A DNA stretch of 64,000 nucleotides, from assembly GCA_033763455.1 (NCBI GenBank), contig JANRKO010000062.1, positions 87,816 to 151,815 of the forward strand, written 5' to 3'. The position numbers and the translations under genes are program-made. The DNA comes from Polyangiaceae bacterium (GTDB lineage: Bacteria; Myxococcota_A; Polyangia; Polyangiales; Polyangiaceae). Each line of letters opens with the position of its first letter. The first letter of the stretch is position 1. Shown piece by piece: positions 48,406 through 58,968 of the stretch. The notes under the pieces were generated by a model. That model did no database searches. It was given only the letters and a program-made list of their open reading frames with translations, and was not told the origin of the DNA.

Positions 48406-50091
48406 GTGCTCAAGCTGCCAGCCGCAAGTCTCGCGCAAACCTGGGGGTCACTTACCCTGATGGCAGCAGCGGCCGCGTTCGGATGCGGCAATTCGAAAGA
48501 ACCAAGCAAGCCTGCTCCGTTATCCGGTACACACCGGCTCCTCGCTAGCGGGTTCATGCCCGTGGGGCCCGGCGGCCACGACACTTGCAGCCATGAAGAA
48601 GGCGCTCAGACGGATCGCTGGTGCGCTTTTTATAAGACTGAGCCCACGGGCACCGAATTGTGGGTGCTCAACATGACGCAGGCTTTGGCCGGGTATGAAG
48701 TTGCGTGCGATGGTACGTCCCCGCTGTGCCGGCGGCTCACATCAAAGTTGTGGACGGAGCGAGTTGGCTCATCTGAGTATCATCCGTGGGTTCATCGCTT
48801 CGATGGCGATACGCTGATTTTTTACACGGAAACAACGGCGGTGCTGGATACCTTCTACGAGGGGGAGATCTATGGTTGGCGCCCTGGGTGGGGAGAAGCA
48901 AAGCAGTTAACTGGGAGCCACGGTGTCTCCTGCATGGGGCACCATCGTTCGGCGGCCGTGGTTTGTCGTAGTGAACCCACGGTGGAGGTCAGCCTTCAGT
49001 TCGGGGTAGAACGCCGCACAGCGAAAGACTACCGTTTCTCGCTTGGCGTTTTGCAGTCAGGCAACGAAGCCTTGGTCGATATCGGCGTGCTCCCCCTGGC
49101 GAGTGGTAGCTTGGCGAGCATCCAACAGCAGGCCGTTTTTTCGAAGAACGGTCGCTGGCTCTTTCTTGCGCAACCTGGTGTTAAGGCAGCAGACGGCTCT
49201 TTTACAAGCGATCTTCTCGGGCTTGAGCTAGCGCAGCTCGGAGCCGCTCAACCCAAGCTAATCGCGGAGCATGTTCGCCTGTGGCTACCGGCATACGACG
49301 ACCAAGGTTTGTATTTTCTCGATGGTGTCTCGACGACGGCAGAAGGCGGTAGTGAGCTTTCGCGGCTGGAGTTCGATACTGGAGTGCGAACTGTTGTCGC
49401 AACCAATGTCACTGATTATGCGCGGCTTAGCGCGCACGACGAATTTTGGCCAGAAGGGGACGAGGGCGTTTTCTACTTAGAGCGCTTGCCCGGCGAGAAA
49501 ACTGTTTCCTTGAAGTTACTCCCGGACGTCTTCAACCCCGCATCTTCGGTTCTTGTAGGGCGCGATTTGGAGAAGATCCAGGTAGCGATCGACCAAGCTC
49601 ATACCTTCCATCTCACCAGAGAGTCCGGCGGTTCGGCGGTGGCCCACGTTCGGCGCAACGATGGTTCGGGGGGAGATTGCGTACTGAGCAATCCTCATGT
49701 TGACGCCTTCAGCGGGCACTTTTCGGATGCGGGCAAACGTGTGTTCTGGCTTCAGCTTTCGGATACAGGTTTTCATGAAGGGTGGGTGGCGTTGCCAAGC
49801 TGCAGCGAACGCAAGAAGTTCGCACCGGCCGTGCTGTCTTATTTGCCGATCGGCGATGAGCTGGTGGCTTTTACGGCCGAGGAGGAGAAGGCTACGCCGC
49901 TCAGAATTGCGCGCACTTCATCGGTGGGTGATGTGCCGTTGGAGGTGCAGGAAATCCACGAGAGTGCGGACACGCCCAACCGAATTCTGACAGTCAACGG
50001 CGCGCGTTATCTTGTATTTCAAGGGTTTTCGAAGTCTCCAGAGAACGCTGGCATCTTCGTGCACGGCCCGCTTCAGGCCACGTTGCGGTAG
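48406..50091 (+). CDS. Hypothetical lipoprotein, probably a beta-propeller
   Basis: Long ORF with lipobox AFGC, beta-rich segments (FSKNGRWL, FSDAGKRVFW) and paired cysteines. No family recognised. Confidence 0.65.
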   Translation: MLKLPAASLAQTWGSLTLMAAAAAFGCGNSKEPSKPAPLSGTHRLLASGFMPVGPGGHDTCSHEEGAQTDRWCAFYKTEPTGTELWVLNMTQALAGYEVACDGTSPLCRRLTSKLWTERVGSSEYHPWVHRFDGDTLIFYTETTAVLDTFYEGEIYGWRPGWGEAKQLTGSHGVSCMGHHRSAAVVCRSEPTVEVSLQFGVERRTAKDYRFSLGVLQSGNEALVDIGVLPLASGSLASIQQQAVFSKNGRWLFLAQPGVKAADGSFTSDLLGLELAQLGAAQPKLIAEHVRLWLPAYDDQGLYFLDGVSTTAEGGSELSRLEFDTGVRTVVATNVTDYARLSAHDEFWPEGDEGVFYLERLPGEKTVSLKLLPDVFNPASSVLVGRDLEKIQVAIDQAHTFHLTRESGGSAVAHVRRNDGSGGDCVLSNPHVDAFSGHFSDAGKRVFWLQLSDTGFHEGWVALPSCSERKKFAPAVLSYLPIGDELVAFTAEEEKATPLRIARTSSVGDVPLEVQEIHESADTPNRILTVNGARYLVFQGFSKSPENAGIFVHGPLQATLR

Positions 50092-50216
50092 GGCAAACGT
50101 GGCGTTAGGGCAAAAGCCTTATGTAATGAGTGCTTGGTCACCTTAAAGCATCGCTACGTTATTCGACCTCATACAGAAATAATTCAGAAACGCATGCCTC
50201 CCTATACCCACGGGGC

Positions 50217-51389
50217 ATGACGAACTTTCGCATAAAATCCTTAACTTCTCGCCGTTCATTACTTCGATTTTCAGGTGCCTGGGCTGTCGCGGCGCTTGCA
50301 TGCAACAAGTCGAAGCCCGAGGCGTCACCGGCCGGATCTGCTGCCGCAGCGGCTTCCGAGGCCCCCAAAGCACCCGCCGCGCTCACGGTCGGATTCATCT
50401 ACGTGGGCCCGAAGGATGATTACGGCTACAACCAGGCTCACGCGGAAGGTGCCAAGAGCCTGGCATCCATGGGCGTGAAGATCCGCGAGGAAGAGAAGGT
50501 ACCGGAAACGGCGGATGTGCAGAAAACCATGGAGAGCATGATCAATTTGGACGGGGCCAAGCTGCTCTTTCCGACATCATTCGGCTATTTCGATCCACAT
50601 ATCCTAAAAATGGCGGAGAAATACCCTGAGGTTGTGTTTCTGCACTGTGGTGGCATGTACACGGAGGGTAAACACCCCAAGAACGTTGGAAGCTATTTCG
50701 GCTACATCGACGAGGCTCAGTACGTATCGGGCATCGTCGCGGGTCTCACGAGCAAGACCAACAAGCTCGGTTTTGTGGCTGCAAAGCCCATCCCCCAGGT
50801 GCTTCGGAACATCAACGCGTTCACGCTTGGAGCGCAATCGGTTAATCCGAAGATCACCACCAGCGTCATCTTCACTGGCGATTGGTCACTGCCCGTGAAG
50901 GAAGCGGAGGCTACCAACAGTTTGGTGGATCAAGGCGCGGATGTCGTGACGTGTCACGTGGATTCTCCCAAAGTTGTGATCGAAACAGCCGAGAAACGAG
51001 GCATTTTTAGTACGGGCTATCACGCCAACCAGGCGGCACTCGCTCCCAAAGGCTATTTGACCGGCGCCGAGTGGAATTGGGCTGCGGTGTATAAGGATTA
51101 CGTAGAGAAGGTGAAAGCAGGGAAGCCATGGGCTCACCTGGTGCGAGGAGGTTTCAAGGAAGGTTTCATCAAGATGTCGCCGTACGGCGCCGCTGTTTCA
51201 GCTGAAGCAAAGGCCAAGGCGGATGCTGCCAAGGCAGCGCTAACGGCCGGCACTTTGACCATCTTCAAGGGGCCAATGAAGGACAATGCCGGCAAAGAAA
51301 TTATCGGTGCAGGCACGGAGCGCGGCCAAACAGACATCGAGCTTGAGAAGATGAATTACCTGGTGGCAGGCGTAAAAGGCTCGCTCTGA
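50217..51389 (+). CDS. BMP-family ABC transporter substrate-binding lipoprotein (Tat-type)
   Basis: SRRSLL plus ALAC lipobox, VGFIYVGPKDDYGYNQAH, TSFGY, RNINAFTLGA. Confidence 0.88.
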   Translation: MTNFRIKSLTSRRSLLRFSGAWAVAALACNKSKPEASPAGSAAAAASEAPKAPAALTVGFIYVGPKDDYGYNQAHAEGAKSLASMGVKIREEEKVPETADVQKTMESMINLDGAKLLFPTSFGYFDPHILKMAEKYPEVVFLHCGGMYTEGKHPKNVGSYFGYIDEAQYVSGIVAGLTSKTNKLGFVAAKPIPQVLRNINAFTLGAQSVNPKITTSVIFTGDWSLPVKEAEATNSLVDQGADVVTCHVDSPKVVIETAEKRGIFSTGYHANQAALAPKGYLTGAEWNWAAVYKDYVEKVKAGKPWAHLVRGGFKEGFIKMSPYGAAVSAEAKAKADAAKAALTAGTLTIFKGPMKDNAGKEIIGAGTERGQTDIELEKMNYLVAGVKGSL

Positions 51390-51402
51390 GCCTGGAGTTA
51401 AC

Positions 51403-52539
51403 ATGACTGCGAGCGCTGTGCCTGGAGCAGTGCGTGGGCCCGAGGTAGAGCGTGAGGGGGCGCGTGCCTTGATGCTCCGGGCTGGCGCGTTCTTGGATGG
51501 TTTAGTGGTGCCGGGGGCGGCGGTGCTCGTATCGGTGATCCTTTTCGGTGGCTTCGTAGCGCTCGCGGGCGCGAACCCTGTGGAGGTGTTCGAGCAGATG
51601 TACCGCGGTGCTTTTGGAACGTGGTTTTCCCTGCAGAATAGCTTGCAGCGCGCCGCGCCACTGATGTTGACCGGCCTCTGCACGGCACTGCCTGCACGCC
51701 TTGGGCTCGTAGTGATAGGAGGGGAGGGCGCGCTGTATGTGGGTGGGGTAGCCGCGGCAGCTGTCGCCAGCCATTTGACCGGCTCCGATCCCTACACGGT
51801 GTTGGCCTTCATGGCTATTACGAGCATGATTTTCGGGGGCCTCTGGATAGGCACCGCGGGCGCGCTTCGTGCGAAACGGGGAGTTAACGAAACGATTAGC
51901 AGTTTGTTGCTTTCGTACATCGGCATAGCTGTTTGCAATCACCTGATCGAAGGTCCGCTCCGCGATCCACAAAGCCTAAATAAACCTTCCACTTTGCACA
52001 TCGGAGATCAGAACATGCTGGGGCCTTTGCCTGGGTTGGATGTGCACTACGGTCTGCTTTACGGGATCGTGGCGTGTCTCATTTGTTGGTTGTTGATGGA
52101 TCACTCAATCTTCGGCTTTGCGGCGCGCATCGTTGGTGGCAATCCGCGTGCGGCTCGCTTGAGTGGCCTCCGCGTTCCTCGCCTCATGATCCTAGTGTGT
52201 GCCATTGCGGGAGCGGCAGCGGGGTTGGCCGGCATGGTTGAAGTCGCAGCAGTGCACGGCAAGGCTAACGCTTCTCTCGCTGCCGGGTACGGATATACTG
52301 GCATTTTGGTGGCATTTTTGGCTCGCCATAGCCCGCTTGGGATCTTGCCTGTTGCCCTGGTGCTCGGGGGGATCAGCGCAAGCGGTGGTTTGCTGCAACG
52401 CACCTGTGATTTGCCGGATGCCACGGTGGCGGTGCTGCAGGGGATCCTCTTTGTGGTGATGCTGGCGAGCGAGACGTACCGCGGCCAGGTGAACTGGTTT
52501 TCGCGCCTGATGGTCGGTAGCAAAGGAGCTGTCGCATGA
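51403..52539 (+). CDS. ABC transporter permease (nucleoside/sugar CUT2 type)
   Basis: IGGEG, GVNETISSLLL, GGNPRAARLSG, GYGYTGILVAFLA. Confidence 0.88.
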   Translation: MTASAVPGAVRGPEVEREGARALMLRAGAFLDGLVVPGAAVLVSVILFGGFVALAGANPVEVFEQMYRGAFGTWFSLQNSLQRAAPLMLTGLCTALPARLGLVVIGGEGALYVGGVAAAAVASHLTGSDPYTVLAFMAITSMIFGGLWIGTAGALRAKRGVNETISSLLLSYIGIAVCNHLIEGPLRDPQSLNKPSTLHIGDQNMLGPLPGLDVHYGLLYGIVACLICWLLMDHSIFGFAARIVGGNPRAARLSGLRVPRLMILVCAIAGAAAGLAGMVEVAAVHGKANASLAAGYGYTGILVAFLARHSPLGILPVALVLGGISASGGLLQRTCDLPDATVAVLQGILFVVMLASETYRGQVNWFSRLMVGSKGAVA

Positions 52540-53465
52540 CTGACGCTGCAACGTTGGGTGCATGGGGCGTGCCGCTCGCAGTGATCGGGGGCGCACTGCG
52601 AGTGAGTGCGCCTTTTCTGTTCGTCAGCCTGGGAGAGTGTCTCACGGAGAAGTCAGGTCGTGTGAACCTCGGCCTTGAGGGCACGTTGGTGATGGGCGCA
52701 ATGGGCGGCTATGGGGTCTCGTACCTCAGCGGGTCACCTTGGCTGGGCGTTGCCGCGGCAGGCGCATTGGGCGCCGTGTTCGGTGCGCTGCACGGCTTTC
52801 TCTGTGGGCGTCCGCGCGTTAACGATATTGCTGTTGGCATTGCGCTGATGCTCCTGGGCGTTGGGCTCTCCTTCTTTCTGGGAAAGCCCTTGATTCAGCC
52901 CACCGCACCGCGATTGCCATCCTTTTCGCTGGGGTTCTGGAGCGATGTGCCCCAAGTCCGCTCCAATTTGCAGATCAATGCGCTTTTGGTCTTCGGCATC
53001 CTGCTAGCTCCCGGGCTGCGGTGGGCGCTCAAGAACACACGCTGGGGGCTTATTGTTCGGACGGTAGGGGAGAGTGCTGAGGCCGCACGGGCCATGGGCT
53101 ACGATGTGAACCGGGTGCGGCTTCTGGCCACCATGGCAGGCGGCGTATTGGCTGGCATCGGAGGTTCGTTTCTTTCACTCTTCTACCCTGGCAGCTGGAA
53201 CGAGGGCCTTTCGAGCGGTCAAGGCCTGATGGCGGTGGCGCTTGTGATTTTCGCACGTTGGGATCCCGTCCGTTGCTTGTATGCATCGCTCTTGTTCGGA
53301 GGCGCGAGCGCATTGGGTCCAGCGCTGCAGTCGGTCGGAGTCACTTCCGGGTACTATTTGTTCAACGCTGCTCCCTATGCACTCACTCTCGTGATCATGG
53401 TGCTTTCGAGCTCGGCCACCAAACAATCTCGGGATCTGCCCATGGAGCTCACCGTCGCGCGCTAG
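52536..53465 (+). CDS. ABC transporter permease (nucleoside/sugar CUT2 type)
   Basis: EKSGRVNLGLEG, GESAEAARAMG, GQGLMAVALVIFARW. Confidence 0.88.
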   Translation: MTDAATLGAWGVPLAVIGGALRVSAPFLFVSLGECLTEKSGRVNLGLEGTLVMGAMGGYGVSYLSGSPWLGVAAAGALGAVFGALHGFLCGRPRVNDIAVGIALMLLGVGLSFFLGKPLIQPTAPRLPSFSLGFWSDVPQVRSNLQINALLVFGILLAPGLRWALKNTRWGLIVRTVGESAEAARAMGYDVNRVRLLATMAGGVLAGIGGSFLSLFYPGSWNEGLSSGQGLMAVALVIFARWDPVRCLYASLLFGGASALGPALQSVGVTSGYYLFNAAPYALTLVIMVLSSSATKQSRDLPMELTVAR

Positions 53466-53481
53466 GCATGGGAGGAAAGCT

Positions 53482-55038
53482 ATGACTCAGTCTGCGTTCG
53501 CACAACCTAAGGAGCGTCGGGATGCCCCTCCGCCCACACTCGCCGCGGAGCACATGAGCAAACGCTTTGGCCCGCTGCTTGCGCTCGATGATGTGTCGTT
53601 CACGCTTCGTCCGGGAACCTTCCACGCACTGCTCGGTGAGAATGGCGCGGGCAAGAGCACACTCGTGAAGTGCATCATGGGCTTCTACCAAGCGGATAGC
53701 GGTCGCGTCGTGGTGGGTGATTCTGACGTGATGGTTAACAATCCCCGGGACGCGCAGCGCTACGGAATTGGTATGGTCTACCAGCACTTCACGTTGGTGG
53801 AGAACATGACAGTTGCCGAGAATCTCGTCATGGCCCGCGCGGAGGTTCCGGCTTTTATCGATTGGAAGAAGGAAGAGCAAGCCATTGAAGCGTTCATGAG
53901 TGGGATGCCTTTCCGGGTCCCAGTGCGCAAGCTGGCGCGTCAGCTTGCAGCGGGCGAAAAGCAGAAGCTCGAGATCTTAAAGCAGCTCTACCTCGGCAGC
54001 AAGATAATCATTTTGGACGAGCCCACGAGTGTGCTCACTCCTCAAGAGGCCGACGACGTGCTGGGGTTGCTCCGGGAGATGACACGACGCGGAGAGCTTT
54101 CTGTTGCCATCATCACTCACAAGTTTCGCGAGGTAACGGCTTTTGCCGACGAGGTGACGGTTCTGCGCCGCGGGGCCCTCGCCGGAAGTGGGAAAGTCAG
54201 CGACCATACCCCGGCCTCGCTCGCCGAGCTCATGGTCGGCTCGGAGCCGCCTAGCGCTTCGCTTCTGCGCCAAAGCAGCGAGCAAGGCCATGTGAGCCTG
54301 GAGCTTCACGACGTGTGCGCGGATGATGACCTCGGGCTGCCGGTGCTATCAAAGGTGAGCTTGAAAGTGCGTGCAGGTGAGATCTTGGGCATTGCGGGTG
54401 TGTCCGGCAACGGGCAGGAACAACTGGTTGAAGTCTTGGCTGGGCAGCGCCTGCCTAGTAGTGGCAAGGTGCACGTAGCTGGAAAGCCCTATTCGCCGAC
54501 ACGCACCCAAATCCGCGAAAGCCGCGTACGGCTCCTGCCTGAGGCTCCACTCAAGAACGCGAGTGTCGCGAACATGACAGTCGCCGAAAATATGGGGTTC
54601 CGGTGCTTCGACGAGCCCGGGTTCACGCTCGGGCGTTGGGCGGTGCGGCGTGGTAGATTGCGTCGAAAGGCGCTAAAGTCCATCGGCGAATACAAGATAA
54701 AGACTCCCGGGCCGGAAGCGTTGATTGGCGGCTTATCGGGTGGCAACGTTCAGCGTGCTGTATTGGCTCGCGAGCTCGACGGGGAGGTTGCAGTGTTGAT
54801 CGCTGCGAACCCATGCTTCGGGCTCGATTTTGCTGCAGTGGCGGAGATCCGTTCGCGCATCGTGGCGGCGCGGAACTCTGGAACAGCCGTGCTCCTCGTG
54901 AGCGCCGACCTAGACGAAATTTTCGCGCTTTCCGACCGCATCGTCGTGATGAGCGAAGGGGCTTTGGTGTATGAGACTCCGGCCGAAGGCGCGAACGTTG
55001 CCGAAATCGGCCGGCACATGGCCGGGCACCACGCGTAA
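53482..55038 (+). CDS. ABC transporter ATP-binding protein with two ATPase domains (CUT2)
   Basis: LLGENGAGKSTL, LDEPTSVLTP, ITHK, LSGGNVQR, LVSADLDE. Confidence 0.92.
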   Translation: MTQSAFAQPKERRDAPPPTLAAEHMSKRFGPLLALDDVSFTLRPGTFHALLGENGAGKSTLVKCIMGFYQADSGRVVVGDSDVMVNNPRDAQRYGIGMVYQHFTLVENMTVAENLVMARAEVPAFIDWKKEEQAIEAFMSGMPFRVPVRKLARQLAAGEKQKLEILKQLYLGSKIIILDEPTSVLTPQEADDVLGLLREMTRRGELSVAIITHKFREVTAFADEVTVLRRGALAGSGKVSDHTPASLAELMVGSEPPSASLLRQSSEQGHVSLELHDVCADDDLGLPVLSKVSLKVRAGEILGIAGVSGNGQEQLVEVLAGQRLPSSGKVHVAGKPYSPTRTQIRESRVRLLPEAPLKNASVANMTVAENMGFRCFDEPGFTLGRWAVRRGRLRRKALKSIGEYKIKTPGPEALIGGLSGGNVQRAVLARELDGEVAVLIAANPCFGLDFAAVAEIRSRIVAARNSGTAVLLVSADLDEIFALSDRIVVMSEGALVYETPAEGANVAEIGRHMAGHHA

Positions 55039-55043
55039 AGTTG

Positions 55044-56162
55044 CTAACTGTATTCCACCACCGTGCGGATAGATTCGCCCGAGTGCATGAGATCGAAAGC
55101 TTCGTTGATGCGCGCGAGCGGGAGCTTATGCGTGATGAGTGGATCAATGGCGATTTTCTTATCCATGTACCAATCCACCAACTTGGGTACATCGGTGCGG
55201 CCTCTGGCCCCACCAAACGCAGTGCCCTTCCAAACGCGGCCGGTTACCAGCTGAAATGGGCGTGTTGCGATTTCCTGGCCCGCGCCCGCCACGCCAATGA
55301 TAACGCTTACACCCCAGCCGCGGTGGCAGCACTCGAGTGCTTGCCGCATCAGGGTAACGTTACCGACGCATTCGAAGCTATAGTCGGCCCCGCCATCGGT
55401 GAGCGCCACGAGGTGCGGCACTAGATCAGCCTCTTTGGCCAAAGAGCGAGGGTTCACGAAATCAGTCATCCCAAATTCGCGAGCGATACCCTCGCGGGCA
55501 GGGTTAATGTCGACTCCGACGATCTTGTTGGCGCCAGCAAGGCGAGCGCCTTGGATCACATTGAGCCCTATTCCTCCAAGCCCAAACACCACGACATTCG
55601 CGCCCTCTTCAACTTTGGCCGTAAACAGCACCGCTCCAATTCCGGTGGTAACGCCACAGCCCAGGTAACAAATCTTGTCGAACGGGGCATCCTTGCGCAC
55701 CTTTGCCACGGCAATTTCCGGCAGCACGCTGTAATTGGAAAAAGTTGAGCAGCCCATGTAGTGGTGGATCTTCTTGCCGTTAATCGAAAAGCGGCTCGTG
55801 CCGTCTGGCATCAAGCCTTGGCCCTGGGTGGCTCGAATCGCGGTGCAAAGGTTCGTTTTCCTCGAAAGGCAGGATTTGCAGCCTCTGCATTCGGGCGTGT
55901 ACAGCAAGATCACGTGGTCCCCCGGAGACACACTGCTAACGCCGGCTCCAACTTCGCGCACCACGCCGGCGCCTTCGTGACCCAAAATCGCCGGGAACAG
56001 CCCTTCGGGATCGGCGCCCGAACGCGTGAATTCGTCCGTGTGGCACACACCGGTGGCTCGGATCTCGACCAGCACCTCTCCGGCTTTGGGCCCCTCCAGA
56101 TCCACGAGCTCCATCACCAAGGGTTTGCCTTGTTCGTACGCCACCGCAGCTTGGGTCTTCAT
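55044..56162 (-). CDS. frmA: S-(hydroxymethyl)glutathione dehydrogenase / class III alcohol dehydrogenase
   Basis: GVCHTD...SGADPEG.FP.ILGHEG, structural Zn Cys cluster, [25 protein letters not shown]. Confidence 0.95.
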   Translation of the reverse strand: MKTQAAVAYEQGKPLVMELVDLEGPKAGEVLVEIRATGVCHTDEFTRSGADPEGLFPAILGHEGAGVVREVGAGVSSVSPGDHVILLYTPECRGCKSCLSRKTNLCTAIRATQGQGLMPDGTSRFSINGKKIHHYMGCSTFSNYSVLPEIAVAKVRKDAPFDKICYLGCGVTTGIGAVLFTAKVEEGANVVVFGLGGIGLNVIQGARLAGANKIVGVDINPAREGIAREFGMTDFVNPRSLAKEADLVPHLVALTDGGADYSFECVGNVTLMRQALECCHRGWGVSVIIGVAGAGQEIATRPFQLVTGRVWKGTAFGGARGRTDVPKLVDWYMDKKIAIDPLITHKLPLARINEAFDLMHSGESIRTVVEYS

Positions 56163-56269
56163 GGAATCACTCCCTTTCCAAAGCGCCGAGCTTACACGGA
56201 ACTCGAACGTTGCCAACGTTGGACCGAACAAGGCTCGACGGAACGCCGCGTGGAAGGTAAGGCGCACCC

Positions 56270-56953
56270 GTGCAGATCGAATCTCTCGTGCTGGCTCCCA
56301 CCGCGGAGGCCAACGTGTTTGTTGCCCCAGACGGCAAACGGCTGAAGGCGCCGCAGGGCTGGGCGTGTCTGCCGCCTGGGGATGCGGGGCTTACGCGTCG
56401 AGTGAAGCAGCTCGGCCCATCATGGGCGGTGATTGAGAAGCGTGGCCCTAAGGCATTTTCGAAGGGATTGTGGGCGCCGCGTGAAAACATCGAGAGCGCG
56501 CGCATGGCCGTGGAGGCGGAGCGCAGCACACCCGAGTACGCCAAGAAGCTAGCCTCGGCAAAGGCGAAGCGCGAGCGCGAGCAGGCAAGCTATGTCGTGT
56601 CGTTCGAGGCTGAGATTTTGGAGCTTTTGCGATTTTCACCACGCTTCACCGATCTCGGGCGAAAAGTCGCGCGCCTGGTCACGGCGCATGCAACGCCCGT
56701 AGGCAGCGGTACGGTGGCACGAACCGAACGCATTCCGATTGAGCGGCGTGCTGAATCTGCGGTGATAGCTTGGATGCGCCACCAAACCACAGCTTACGAT
56801 CAGATGAAGATTGCACGCGTTGCTGGGCGGCGTCGCGAAATCCGCCGGGAGCTTGCGACGATATCCCGGGCCGTGCTGGACCTACATCGTCGCGACGTGG
56901 TTCACGCGGCCGGCGGGTGCCCGTTGTGCAGCGCTTTGAGGCCGAGCGGCTAG
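56270..56953 (+). CDS. DUF2293-domain protein
   Basis: [48 protein letters not shown]. Confidence 0.8.
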   Translation: MQIESLVLAPTAEANVFVAPDGKRLKAPQGWACLPPGDAGLTRRVKQLGPSWAVIEKRGPKAFSKGLWAPRENIESARMAVEAERSTPEYAKKLASAKAKREREQASYVVSFEAEILELLRFSPRFTDLGRKVARLVTAHATPVGSGTVARTERIPIERRAESAVIAWMRHQTTAYDQMKIARVAGRRREIRRELATISRAVLDLHRRDVVHAAGGCPLCSALRPSG

Positions 56954-56963
56954 GATTACACCG

Positions 56964-58937
56964 ATGTTGAGATCCCTTAAGTACGTGAGCTTGGTGGGCA
57001 CCCTGCTGGCTATCTTGGGTTGTTCACCTGGGGCTTTGCCAAAGTCAAAGGCAGAGCCAGCTCCCGTGTCATCTGCGGACCCGAGTGTCGAACGGCCCCG
57101 GCCTTCTGCTGACCCTTCAAAGGCGGCTGGTAGCGATACTCACGAAACCGCAGTGGTGTCGGCTGCCGCACCGACGGTATTGCTTTCTTCCACCAAGCTT
57201 CTTCGCGAGCTGGAACGTCAGGGCTTCGGCTTCCTGGAGATGCTCGATCCGGAGCGCGCACTTGCCGGCGAAAGTGCGAAACCTTCAACCAACCAAGCGC
57301 TTGCCCAACGCTCTCAGCGCTACCGAGATCTCGTAAATGTGATCCGGGAGGACATCGCCCGTGCGCGGTCAAAGGATCCGTCCAGTGGAGTGGGGCTTGC
57401 GTTTTCACATCGCCTGCTAGACGCGAAGGTCCTCGTGAGCAAAGAGGCGCGCTGGGAGCTCATTGGTGTTAGCCAACGCCTGGATCGTTTGTACGTGAAA
57501 CCTGAAAAGTGCGGCGAAGTACGCTTCATTTACCGGCTCGCGTACGCCACCAGTGCGGCGGGGAAAAACGGCACTCTGCCAACGGATATCGCATCCCGCC
57601 TCCCAGCAACGGTCGCGATTTCGTATTGGAATACCGATGGTACTGCCTCCGCTAAGCCACCCTCGCCAAAGGAAACAACGAATGCCTGCAGCTTAGTTGC
57701 GAAACGTTGGATGTTTGACGAGAAGTTGGCAACGCCGAGCTCGCTCACTGCAGCCGGTGGCCCCATTCATCCCGCGTCCCGCGGAAGCCTGAAGGCCGTC
57801 GAGATGAACATCCAGATAGTCCGTTGGCCGTCCACCGTGCGCGGCAATATGGCGGGCTATGCAGAGTACGCCTTGCACGCTTTGGTGCCAGTTAACGAGC
57901 ACCTCGCACTTGGTTCGCTGGAGAATACGCCTGAGCCCGAAAGGCTTGTTCGAAAGTGGCCTACTTGGGGCAAAGCGAAGGAAGGGTTGGCGAGCGAGCA
58001 TTTGCGCTCCAAAATCGAACGCGGAACGTACTTGATGGAGGAGGGGCTGCTGGCCAAGACGGCCATCTCGGTGACGCCGCATGGCTTCGGAAGGCTGCAA
58101 AATCGTCCCTATTTCGCTCAATACAAGGATGCGTCGGCCTTGGTACGCAAGCTGGATACTCTGAGTTGTCAGGGCTGCCACGCCTCGCGCAGCATTGCAG
58201 GCTTTCACTTCTTGGGGGACGAGACGGCGCCCGAGGGAAGTGTGAATGCGATATTGGTGGGTCGCTCGCCGCATCTTCTCGCGGATCTCGCGCGCCGGAA
58301 GGGCATCGTGGCAAAGCTTGCAGGCATGGTAACGGCACCCGAGGCTTCGCTGGAGGAAGCGCTAGATATCCACGTGCCTTTTCCGGATCAAGGAGGAGCG
58401 GCCGGGAAAAAGGGGGAGCATTGTGCTCTCACCAATGATCCCGTGTTTGTTGGTTGGAAGTGCGCGGAAGGCTTGCAGTGCGAACCTTCGCCCGAGCTAG
58501 GTATGGGAACTTGTACTCCAAAAGAGCTGCATGCTGGCGATGCGTGTGAGGTTGGTACGATGAGCTTCCATGTAGATCCCCATCGTGATCGGGTCATTAA
58601 CCTCGCTAAGAAAACCTGCGAAGGTGTTTGTGAATCCAATTATGTCGGCTTTCCAAGTGGGGCTTGCGCCTCCAACTGTGGCAGTTTGGCGGCCGATGAG
58701 GTGTGCGGTGCAATCCCATTTCTGGTCGGATTTAACGGCTGTCTAGGCAAAACAACGCCGTTTGAAGATTGCATTCGGCAAAATGCAAGAGCTGCCGCGC
58801 TGCAACGCTGCGATGAAACGCGCCCGTGCAGGGATGATTACATTTGCGCCCGAACGTCAGCAGGTGAGGGGGCTTGCATGCCCCCGTATTTCTTATTCCA
58901 GTTGCGCATCGATGGGCATCCGAGCCTGGGCCGGTAG
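56964..58937 (+). CDS. Hypothetical lipoprotein with a single CxxCH heme motif and a Cys-rich C-terminal domain
   Basis: Lipobox ILGC, CGEVRFIYRLAY, SCQGCHASRSIAGFH, 16 Cys in the C-terminal region, ends FQLRIDGHP. Confidence 0.75.
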   Translation: MLRSLKYVSLVGTLLAILGCSPGALPKSKAEPAPVSSADPSVERPRPSADPSKAAGSDTHETAVVSAAAPTVLLSSTKLLRELERQGFGFLEMLDPERALAGESAKPSTNQALAQRSQRYRDLVNVIREDIARARSKDPSSGVGLAFSHRLLDAKVLVSKEARWELIGVSQRLDRLYVKPEKCGEVRFIYRLAYATSAAGKNGTLPTDIASRLPATVAISYWNTDGTASAKPPSPKETTNACSLVAKRWMFDEKLATPSSLTAAGGPIHPASRGSLKAVEMNIQIVRWPSTVRGNMAGYAEYALHALVPVNEHLALGSLENTPEPERLVRKWPTWGKAKEGLASEHLRSKIERGTYLMEEGLLAKTAISVTPHGFGRLQNRPYFAQYKDASALVRKLDTLSCQGCHASRSIAGFHFLGDETAPEGSVNAILVGRSPHLLADLARRKGIVAKLAGMVTAPEASLEEALDIHVPFPDQGGAAGKKGEHCALTNDPVFVGWKCAEGLQCEPSPELGMGTCTPKELHAGDACEVGTMSFHVDPHRDRVINLAKKTCEGVCESNYVGFPSGACASNCGSLAADEVCGAIPFLVGFNGCLGKTTPFEDCIRQNARAAALQRCDETRPCRDDYICARTSAGEGACMPPYFLFQLRIDGHPSLGR

Positions 58938-58968
58938 GTCGCGCGTGGCCTGGCAAAATGGCGAGTAC

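Noticed and set aside
56206..56220. AACGTT-GCC-AACGTT palindrome between frmA and DUF2293
   Set aside because: A single short occurrence with no cognate regulator in the window. It cannot be distinguished from chance.
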